A stretch of 64,000 nucleotides of DNA, taken from the NCBI GenBank assembly GCA_964577305.1, contig CAZNYS010000011.1, positions 1,507 through 65,506 on the forward strand. Reading direction: 5' to 3'. Below the pieces are notes generated by a model. That model did no database searches. It was given only the letters and a program-made list of their open reading frames with translations, and had not been told where the DNA came from. This stretch comes from an uncultured Rikenellaceae bacterium (lineage in GTDB: Bacteria > Bacteroidota > Bacteroidia > Bacteroidales > VadinHA17). Below are positions 1-7,703 of the stretch, piece by piece; position 1 is the stretch's first letter; the number at the start of each line of letters is the position of its first letter. Position numbers and translations under genes: made by a program.

Positions 1-1713
1 CGCGATATGCTCAAATACAGACAATCGGCAAATGCATACCGGCAGGCCATGATTATTGATTCAACTTTTTATATCCCGGCCTGGTTTGGATATGGAGAGG
101 TACAATTCCTGATTGGTAATTATTCTGAAGCAAGAAGTAATTTCATGTTATACCTGGACCTTGGAGGAGAACAAACTATCAATGCAGGAAAAACAAAGAA
201 GTATATCAGGGATTGTGATTTTGCGCTGGAGGCTATATTAAATCCTGTTGATTTCAATCCTGTTAACCTGGGTGAATCAATCAATACGAGTGATGATGAA
301 TACTGGCCGGCTATAACTGCTGATGATAATATGCTACTGTTTACACGGCAAAATTCAGTAAGGAGGCGTAACATGATAGGGAAAGAATACCAGGAAGATT
401 TCTATTACAGTTACAGGGTTGATGGAAACTGGGATGTTGCCAGAAATGCCGGGACTCCTCTGAATACCTCATATAATGAAGGTGCTCCAACATTGGAGGC
501 AGCTGGTAATTATATGTATTTCACAGCTTGCAACCGGGAGGACGGTAAAGGTGGTTGTGACATATACTATTCGGCCAGGACAGACAACGGATGGAAAAAA
601 GGCATAAATTTAGGTGGACCTGTTAATACAGCTCACTGGGAATCACAGCCATCACTCTCTTCTGATGGCTCAAGGCTTTTCTTTGTTAGTAACCGGCCTG
701 GAGGATATGGTGGAATGGATATCTGGGTAAGTAACCTGGTAAAGGATGGAAGATGGTCAGAACCTGTTAATCTTGGAGGTATTGTTAATACTCCGGGAGA
801 TGAAATGTCACCCTTTATACACTTTGATGGTAAGACACTGTATTTTTCATCCAATGGAAGGCCGTGTATGGGAGGTTTTGATATTTTTATGTCGCGATTT
901 AACAAAGAAGACAACACATGGTCAGAGCCTGAAAACCTTGGTTATCCAATAAACACCCAGACCGATGAAATTGGCATGGTAATTAATTCCTCGGGAGAAG
1001 TAGCCTATTTTTCATCTAAAATAAATACCCTTAAAGGCAGGGACCTGTATTATTTTAAAATGCCTGAATCTCTGAGACCTGATCCTGTATCTTATCTTAA
1101 AGGGAAAGTAGTAGATAAGTTGACAGGTAAAAAATTAAAAGCCACTTATGAACTCATTAACCTTAGTACAGGCAAGAGGGTGATTCAATCGTTTACAGAT
1201 TCTAAAGGTGATTTCCTGGTATGTTTGCCCACCGGCCATAATTATGGTATTAATGTGAGCAGTAAAGACTACCTTTTCTATTCGGAGAATTTTATGCTGG
1301 AAGGAGAGCACAGTTCAATAAAACCATTTGAAAAGACTATTTCCCTGAGTCCTATCCAGGTTGGTCAGCAGATGTCGCTTCATAATGTATTTTTTGCTTT
1401 TGACTCATGGGAACTGCGTGATGAATCACTACCCGAACTGGAAAAACTGTTTAGTTTGATCGAAAGCAACCATGGTCTGGTAGTTGAAATCGGGGGACAT
1501 ACTGACTCAACAGGCTCTGATGAACACAATCTTGTTCTTTCGGAGAAACGCGCACGTGTAGTTCGGGATTATCTTATCAACCGTGGTATATCACCTGATC
1601 GCTTGCATTATAAAGGTTATGGTGAAAAAGTGCCACTCTATGATAATGCCAGTGAAGAAGGTAAGCGCAAAAACAGACGCACTGATATACGTATACTGAA
1701 AATTTCGGAATAA
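1..1713 (+). CDS. OmpA-family protein with N-terminal TPR and TolB-like beta-propeller repeats (5' partial; frame is open to the window edge)
   Basis: ORF 7..1713, with the frame open upstream to nt 1. Repeated propeller motifs of the WPxxxxDG / LYFxS type. C-terminal OmpA-like domain: FAFDSWEL...GGHTDSTGSDEHNLVLSEKRARVVRDYL...RRTDIRI. Confidence 0.8.
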   Translation, partial: RDMLKYRQSANAYRQAMIIDSTFYIPAWFGYGEVQFLIGNYSEARSNFMLYLDLGGEQTINAGKTKKYIRDCDFALEAILNPVDFNPVNLGESINTSDDEYWPAITADDNMLLFTRQNSVRRRNMIGKEYQEDFYYSYRVDGNWDVARNAGTPLNTSYNEGAPTLEAAGNYMYFTACNREDGKGGCDIYYSARTDNGWKKGINLGGPVNTAHWESQPSLSSDGSRLFFVSNRPGGYGGMDIWVSNLVKDGRWSEPVNLGGIVNTPGDEMSPFIHFDGKTLYFSSNGRPCMGGFDIFMSRFNKEDNTWSEPENLGYPINTQTDEIGMVINSSGEVAYFSSKINTLKGRDLYYFKMPESLRPDPVSYLKGKVVDKLTGKKLKATYELINLSTGKRVIQSFTDSKGDFLVCLPTGHNYGINVSSKDYLFYSENFMLEGEHSSIKPFEKTISLSPIQVGQQMSLHNVFFAFDSWELRDESLPELEKLFSLIESNHGLVVEIGGHTDSTGSDEHNLVLSEKRARVVRDYLINRGISPDRLHYKGYGEKVPLYDNASEEGKRKNRRTDIRILKISE

Positions 1714-1729
1714 TACAGGTAAAAGAGAA

Positions 1730-1756
1730 AGAGCACCTACTGAAGGTGCTCTTTTA
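1730..1756. terminator. Hairpin between convergent genes, a candidate bidirectional intrinsic terminator
   Basis: AGAGCACC (1730-1737) pairs perfectly with GGTGCTCT (1745-1752) around a 7-nt loop. A T-run follows on the + strand and an A-run precedes it. It lies between the OmpA-family gene and the minus-strand kinase gene. Confidence 0.55.
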
Positions 1757-1806
1757 CCCATTTTGTGGCAGACATATAAAGGTAGGTGAAAGGATTCTAC
1801 TAATTA

Positions 1807-2631
1807 TCAGATTGCGATTCTAGATGAAACAGGTTCAGACTTATCCTTTTTCATAGCATTGTGTTCCGGAACTGAGAAATACATAGCAGTTCCGTTAACA
1901 CCATTAGGTCGTATCCATAATTCACCGTCCATACTCTCAATAAGTTTCTTTGAAAGTATGAATGAAACAGTAGTAAATGTGTTCTGATGTTTACTTAGAT
2001 ATTTTGTAAGGTTATTACAGGTAAGCAGTTCTCGATTCTTAGTGTAACCATTTCCTGAATCGATAACGTAAAATTCAACCCTGTTTTTTTGCTTCCTGTA
2101 GCCCAACTTAATATAACCTGATTCCGTATTTTCCAATGCATTGAAAAAGAGATTTCTTAAAACCCGATTAATCTTCTCTTTATCAATGAACATTGAATCA
2201 TGTCCGGATCTTTCATCAAGCAGGAGTGTAACCTTCTTCTTATCGAACCTGCTGATAGAATTGTCCAAATCATTCAGAATATCTCTGAGTAAAGTCCTGA
2301 GATCGCATCTGATGATAGTTGAACTTGGAACATCGGAATCGATTAAAGCTGAATCAAGAAAATTATCAAATAATGTAATTAACTGGTCGCATGAATTCAT
2401 AATATGATTATTATACTCGCTCCGCTCTTCCTCTGTGCAGTTATCATTATTACTCAGGAAGGTGAATGCTACTATGGAGTTCATGTAGGTTCGGACTTCA
2501 TGAGATAATCCGGTTAGTATGGAAGGAGTATATAGCATATCAGTGTTATGTACAGGATTTATCATTTCTGACTTTTCATTATGACCATGTTGTGATCCCT
2601 TCTCAATATTTTTCCCAAAAGTCATAAACAT
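1807..2631 (-). CDS. Small soluble histidine-kinase-like protein (HisKA + HATPase_c only, with no sensor or TM domain)
   Basis: H-box LSHEVRTYMNSIV. The C-terminal GHKL region contains RNLFFNALENT and YVIDSGNGY. No hydrophobic segments. Confidence 0.65.
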   Translation of the reverse strand: MFMTFGKNIEKGSQHGHNEKSEMINPVHNTDMLYTPSILTGLSHEVRTYMNSIVAFTFLSNNDNCTEEERSEYNNHIMNSCDQLITLFDNFLDSALIDSDVPSSTIIRCDLRTLLRDILNDLDNSISRFDKKKVTLLLDERSGHDSMFIDKEKINRVLRNLFFNALENTESGYIKLGYRKQKNRVEFYVIDSGNGYTKNRELLTCNNLTKYLSKHQNTFTTVSFILSKKLIESMDGELWIRPNGVNGTAMYFSVPEHNAMKKDKSEPVSSRIAI

Positions 2632-2661
2632 CTTCCTTATACTTATATTAATTTTTTCCTG

Positions 2662-3396
2662 TTAGCCAATTTTTCTTAAAAGTTTCCTGGCGTCTTTCTT
2701 ATGCCTGTTTTCAGAGTTTACGACACCCTCAAGCAACTCTTTTGCCTTATCTGCCTGGTCTGTTTGTATATAACAGACACCCAGGTAGAATATGGCATCT
2801 TCAATAAAGAGGTTATCATTATCTTCAACTACCTTGCTGAAGGAACCAATGGCCTCATTATATTGACTAATATGCATGTGGGATGATCCTTTAAGAAATT
2901 CAACCTGCATATCTGCATCAACTATCCTGTTGAACCATCTTATAGCTTCAGTGTAATTGCCTGAATTATAATACTCTGTTGCCCTGGTATAGGCTTCATC
3001 CAGTCCTGCCGATGATGAACGGTATGCAGCCAATGGAGCATATCCAGGTGAGTATTTTGTTGCGATATCCGCAATGTTGTTGTTCCTGATATAGAGACTA
3101 ATGGTCCCGATTAATATCAGGCCCGCAAATACAGCAGCATACTGGATGACCTGTTTTGTGGCAACCTTCCTTTTGGCTACAGTTTTTCTATGCCTGGTTT
3201 CAGCATTCATAAGACTCTGCCTGAAGGCAATAGCATCCTGGTTATCAACATATTTGTTTACCTTTCTGCGCAATTCAAGTTCTTTCTTTAAGCCCGGGTT
3301 ACCCTCAAGCTCTGCTTCGAACCATTCTTTTTCAGCGCTTTGCATATTGCCCTCGAGATATCTTTCGATAAAACGGGTGAATTCAATTTTTTTCAT
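2662..3396 (-). CDS. Anti-sigma-factor-like single-pass membrane protein with an extracytoplasmic TPR domain
   Basis: The N-terminus FIERYLEGNMQSAEKEWFEAELEGNPGLKKELELRRK resembles the Bacteroidota anti-sigma N-terminal helix pattern. One TM segment (VIQYAAVFAGLILIGTISLYI). TPR-like C-terminus (YNSGNYTEAIRWF, AIFYLGVCYIQTDQADKAKELL). Confidence 0.5.
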   Translation of the reverse strand: MKKIEFTRFIERYLEGNMQSAEKEWFEAELEGNPGLKKELELRRKVNKYVDNQDAIAFRQSLMNAETRHRKTVAKRKVATKQVIQYAAVFAGLILIGTISLYIRNNNIADIATKYSPGYAPLAAYRSSSAGLDEAYTRATEYYNSGNYTEAIRWFNRIVDADMQVEFLKGSSHMHISQYNEAIGSFSKVVEDNDNLFIEDAIFYLGVCYIQTDQADKAKELLEGVVNSENRHKKDARKLLRKIG

Positions 3397-3658
3397 AACG
3401 TGTAGTATTTCATTTTCATTTCATTTCGAATTTATTATTCTTCTGTTTATGTTAACTACCACATTATCAAAGTAATGTAGATAGATAAAGTACATTCATC
3501 ATCATTCAGTCATTGCCTGATAGCAATGCATTCAAAAACAGTGGTATATAGTATTTTTACATACTTTAGCCACCCCGGCCCTAATTTATTTAGCCGGTAC
3601 CGTAATACGGTTCTAATATTTTACAGATCGCTGTATTTCTTTTCCTTTGATCTGGCTA

Positions 3659-3793
3659 TTAGATCTCAGGTTCTGTGATAGGGGGAACTGTCATTTGTTT
3701 TTCACCATCACCGCCGCGTACGAGCAGCATTTCTTCGTCTGAAAGTAAAAAGTCGTTGAAATTTTCAAATTTTTCCTGATTTAAAGTTCTCAT
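3659..3793 (-). CDS. Double-glycine (GG) leader peptide precursor, 44 aa (not in the ORF track because it is under 60 aa)
   Basis: Manual reverse-complement translation gives MRTLNQEKFENFNDFLLSDEEMLLVRGG-DGEKQMTVPPITEPEI, then TAA. The leader fits the Bacteroidota GG-leader pattern (LN.EKF..F...LS.EEM....GG). A C39-peptidase ABC exporter and an HlyD gene lie 4 kb away. Confidence 0.7.
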   Translation of the reverse strand: MRTLNQEKFENFNDFLLSDEEMLLVRGGDGEKQMTVPPITEPEI

Positions 3794-4021
3794 CTTAATA
3801 ATTTTTTTGGTTACACTTCTAAATAATCGGGTTTATTATTACGTTACATATATACATGTCACTTTAATGCTTTTTGTGACACGAAAATTTCAACTTTTTT
3901 TTATGACAGTTTATAAAACCCAGATATACAAGAGTGTACATTATATATTTTTTTTGGCTTTTAGCTTTCTTATACTGATATTTGGTGCTTGTGTGGTAAA
4001 TAATTGTAAACATAATAATAA

Positions 4022-7021
4022 ATGCGGATTATTTCCAGATATATATTTATACGGATTATCATTATTCTATGTTTCATTCAGGATTTAGAAGCCCGTCAGT
4101 TTAACAATGTAAACGAGAAAGATTCAGTAATCGTAAACAAGCTCAACAGCTTTAAGACTGCTTTGCAGGAAAGCAGTCCCGATGCAAGCTTATATTATAA
4201 CTGGATTCTGAACTATCTTGGAACCAATGATATTAGCGACAGTATACTTATATCAGATTGTTATTACTATACCGGAACATATAAATACATCGGGAACTCT
4301 TACAATGATGCTATAGAATTATTACAGGAGGCAATCAGGTACAGGATTGCCGTTGACAGCATAGATGATATTTATGCCAGGGCTAGAACAAATCTGGCAC
4401 TTTCGTACATGTATACGGGTAAACCGGAGGAGGCTCGTGTAAACCTCGAAATGGCTCTTAAAACCAGGGAAGGGCTATTTGGAACTGAATCACCAATACT
4501 CCTCAGGACACTGTTGAATCTGTCAGCGATATATATTGACATGAATATGCATGAAAGAGCATTACCAATTTCGCTCAGGGGTGTCCATCTGGCAGAAAAT
4601 CACCCGGAAGATATCGATAAGGGGACCCTTGTGAACTTTTATTATAATTCCGGTGTGTCATATATGAATATTCTGGATTATAACAGAGCAAAAAGAAATT
4701 TTGAAATTGCCTATGACCTTGCGCAGGAAAGTTTGAGTTTAGATCCCGAAAAGCTTTTACTTTTATATAATTCAATCGCCGCATGTAATTATGAGCTTGG
4801 CAATTCCGATTTATCTGACCAATATTTTGGAAAAGCATTGGAGCTGATTGATTCAACTGGTTTTTCAGGAAGATTGGTAAATGCGGTATATGAGAATTAT
4901 GCTTTTTTCCTGGCCGGTATAGGGATGTATGACAAAGCAGAGCATTATTTATTATCATCAGTTGAAGAAGCTGAGAAAGAATACGGGAAAGAGAGCAGGG
5001 ATCATATAATACAGCTTCTGAATTACTCTTACTTCCTGATAAATAATATGGCAAATTACAGCGAAGCGGAAGAAATATTAAAAAAAGTACTGCCATATGT
5101 GAATGAAAATAAGCAAGATAAAAGGGTCAGGAGTGAGGCTTTTCTATATTTTTCCAGGCTGATGTATTATACAGGAAGGAATTCAGAAGCTTTGAGATAT
5201 ATTAATAACATAATTAATGATTCTTCAATAGTGGCTTCAAATATCAGGATTGCTTCTTTTATACATAAAAGTAAAATACTATATACGATATACAGGTCAG
5301 GGAATGATAGTCAGAATCTCAGGGAAGCTTTATCAGCAGTAGAACAAGCTATAGCTATTATAGAGGCTACGAGGCTGAGGATAAACGAGGATGAGAGTCG
5401 TAGCAGGGTGTCTGGCAGATATTTTGACGCTTACGATATAGCAATAGCCATATTGAATGAATTGTACAGCCTTACAAAAGATAAGGAATACATCGAACAG
5501 GCTTTTTCTATTTCAGAAAAATCAAAGGCTGCAGGTTTACTTGTAGCAACCAGGAATAACAGGGCAATGAATTTCCACCTGCCCAATGGTCTTGCCAGCC
5601 TTGAAAGAGAACTGCAGGCTGATATCAGAGATTATAACGAGGTGATATATAATGAATCTGCAAAACAAAAACCGGATAATGATCTTATTGATCGCTATCG
5701 CCATCTAAGCGTCAGGGCAGGTAGTAAGTATGATTCACTTGTACGGATCTTTGAACAGGAGTATCCCCGGTATTATAACCTTAAGTTTAACACGGCGGTG
5801 AGTTCTGCTGATGATATACGAAGAAGGATAGGCAGAAAAGGTAACTTTGTTGAATATTACTTATCAGATAGTCTCTTATATATTTTCCTGATAAACCGTG
5901 AAAGATTTGAGATTGAATCAGTGCCGGCAGGTGATGGTTTGCTTGAGATGATCCTTGATTTCAGAAATATTCTCACCAATCCGTCAATAGTCAATGAGTC
6001 CTGGACACAATACCTGGAATATGTTGAGCTCGCCTTAGAATTATATAAAAGACTGTTACTCCCGGTGAGGGATTACTTTATCTCAGAAAGGCTCATTATT
6101 TCTGCAGATGATATACTTTCATATATTCCTTTTGAAACACTGATAAGCGAAATCCCTGAATATAATGAAATAAATTACCGTGAGTTAGCCTATATGATGA
6201 GAGAATATGAGATAATCTATGAATACTCCGGTACCATATTATCAGAAACATTATCATCACACCGTAGCATAAATAATAAAGTATTGAGCTTTGCGCCGGA
6301 ATATACAGGGAGTATCGATATTGAAGAACTTATGATGAGCAGGCAGTTTGATCGTGACAATCTGACCAATATCCCCGGTGCCAGGGAAGAAGCAATATAT
6401 ATCAATAAATTGCTTGGTGGGAAACTATATATCGATGACCAGGCAACTGAAAGCATATTCAAATCAAATGTAATTGAAGGCGATATAATACACCTGGCCA
6501 TGCACACACTGTTGAACGATAATGAACCCATGTATTCGAAAATGATCTTTAACATGGAAGCCGACACAGTTGAAGATGGTATGCTTAATACCTTTGAGGT
6601 TTACAATATACCCGTTAAATCAAAGATGATGTTTCTAAGTGCCTGTAATACCGGAAGTGGTTACCTGCAATCTGGTGAGGGAGTAATGAGTTTGGCCAGG
6701 GGATTCTTCTATTCAGGAAGCCCGTGTGTAATAATGTCTTTATGGGAAGTGGATGACCGTTCGGGAAACGATATTGTAAAAGATTTCTATTCTAATCTAA
6801 AAATGGGCTTCTCAAAAAGTAAGTCACTTAAAAAAGCAAGAACTAAGTACCTTACAGATGCTGATCAGATGAGGTCGCATCCTTACTTCTGGAGTACCCT
6901 GGTGATAATGGGTAATGATGACTCTGTATATTTCCCTTTTAAAAGGTACCTCCTCATAGCAGTCCTTATCATCATCCTTTATTTTCTTGCAAGGTATTAC
7001 TACAGGTTAAAATCGGTGTAA
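4022..7021 (+). CDS. TPR-repeat CHAT-domain (caspase-like) protease with an N-terminal signal/anchor and a C-terminal TM helix
   Basis: Hydrophobic N-terminus MRIISRYIFIRIIIILCFIQDLEA. About 600 aa of TPR-like repeats. CHAT His/Cys dyad context: IIHLAMHTLL and MMFLSACNTGSG. C-terminal TM segment YLLIAVLIIILYFLARYYY. Confidence 0.8.
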   Translation: MRIISRYIFIRIIIILCFIQDLEARQFNNVNEKDSVIVNKLNSFKTALQESSPDASLYYNWILNYLGTNDISDSILISDCYYYTGTYKYIGNSYNDAIELLQEAIRYRIAVDSIDDIYARARTNLALSYMYTGKPEEARVNLEMALKTREGLFGTESPILLRTLLNLSAIYIDMNMHERALPISLRGVHLAENHPEDIDKGTLVNFYYNSGVSYMNILDYNRAKRNFEIAYDLAQESLSLDPEKLLLLYNSIAACNYELGNSDLSDQYFGKALELIDSTGFSGRLVNAVYENYAFFLAGIGMYDKAEHYLLSSVEEAEKEYGKESRDHIIQLLNYSYFLINNMANYSEAEEILKKVLPYVNENKQDKRVRSEAFLYFSRLMYYTGRNSEALRYINNIINDSSIVASNIRIASFIHKSKILYTIYRSGNDSQNLREALSAVEQAIAIIEATRLRINEDESRSRVSGRYFDAYDIAIAILNELYSLTKDKEYIEQAFSISEKSKAAGLLVATRNNRAMNFHLPNGLASLERELQADIRDYNEVIYNESAKQKPDNDLIDRYRHLSVRAGSKYDSLVRIFEQEYPRYYNLKFNTAVSSADDIRRRIGRKGNFVEYYLSDSLLYIFLINRERFEIESVPAGDGLLEMILDFRNILTNPSIVNESWTQYLEYVELALELYKRLLLPVRDYFISERLIISADDILSYIPFETLISEIPEYNEINYRELAYMMREYEIIYEYSGTILSETLSSHRSINNKVLSFAPEYTGSIDIEELMMSRQFDRDNLTNIPGAREEAIYINKLLGGKLYIDDQATESIFKSNVIEGDIIHLAMHTLLNDNEPMYSKMIFNMEADTVEDGMLNTFEVYNIPVKSKMMFLSACNTGSGYLQSGEGVMSLARGFFYSGSPCVIMSLWEVDDRSGNDIVKDFYSNLKMGFSKSKSLKKARTKYLTDADQMRSHPYFWSTLVIMGNDDSVYFPFKRYLLIAVLIIILYFLARYYYRLKSV

Positions 7022-7566
7022 TCACTGAATTCAGGGTCAGCTTTCACTATTTTAATCAGTGCTTCTTTACATAGATATTTTTTTCGGCGAGCGTAATCTG
7101 CTGATTTATAATTCATTTCACGGGCAATATGGCTATAATCATGACCTTTGATAACCATATTAAGCACTTCCTGGCATTCCGGTTTCAGTTTCAGGAAAGA
7201 CCGCTGTACTATTTGTTCCAACGGAGTGTCAAGCAAATTCGAAGGATCAAAATCATCAACCAGTTCTTTATCCATCTCAACATTTTTCCTCTTCTTCCTG
7301 AGATGCTCGTGCCATAAATTCTTGGAAACACCAAAGACATATCCCTTAACATCGGTATTTTCTTCAAGGTTGTTAAGTTGTATCTTCTTGAAAAGTACCA
7401 TCAGGGCATCCTGGAATATATCATATGCATCATCTTCCGTACCTGTATTCTTCAGTACATATGATTTTATGGTATCGAAAAATGAGTCATAGAGGTAGTT
7501 AACTGATTTATCGTCCCCCTTTCGTATTCCCTCTATTAATTTTGTATCTGAGTGTTTATTTAACAC
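7000..7566 (-). CDS. ECF-type sigma-70 family RNA polymerase sigma factor
   Basis: 188 aa. Region 2 (DAYDIFQDALMVLFKK ... GYVFGVSKNLWHEHLRKKRK) and region 4 HTH (CQEVLNMVIKGHDYSHIAREMNYKSADYARRKKYLC). Apparent GTG start. The 3' end overlaps the CHAT gene by 22 nt. Confidence 0.8.
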   Translation of the reverse strand: MLNKHSDTKLIEGIRKGDDKSVNYLYDSFFDTIKSYVLKNTGTEDDAYDIFQDALMVLFKKIQLNNLEENTDVKGYVFGVSKNLWHEHLRKKRKNVEMDKELVDDFDPSNLLDTPLEQIVQRSFLKLKPECQEVLNMVIKGHDYSHIAREMNYKSADYARRKKYLCKEALIKIVKADPEFSDYTDFNL

Positions 7567-7703
7567 TTCATAATAGTATTTGAGGCAAATATAGTATTTC
7601 CAAATAATTAACTCAATGATTTAAGACTAATAAGCAGTTGTAACAGTATGTTTGAATAGAATCAAATAATAGATATATTTACAGACTTTAACTATTGTTC
7701 GGT

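Noticed and set aside
3807-4088. 93-aa plus-strand ORF in the AT-rich region before the CHAT gene
   Set aside because: It is an Ile/Phe/Tyr-rich translation of AT-rich promoter DNA, and it overlaps the CHAT start codon in another frame.
7586-7654. Exact matches to the Bacteroidota -7 promoter box TAnnTTTG (TATGTTTG at 7647-7654 on the + strand; TATATTTG on the minus strand at 7586-7593) between the sigma and ABC exporter genes
   Set aside because: No TTTG -33 element at the expected spacing of about 19-21 nt in either case. Such 8-mers are frequent by chance in AT-rich DNA, so I did not call promoters.
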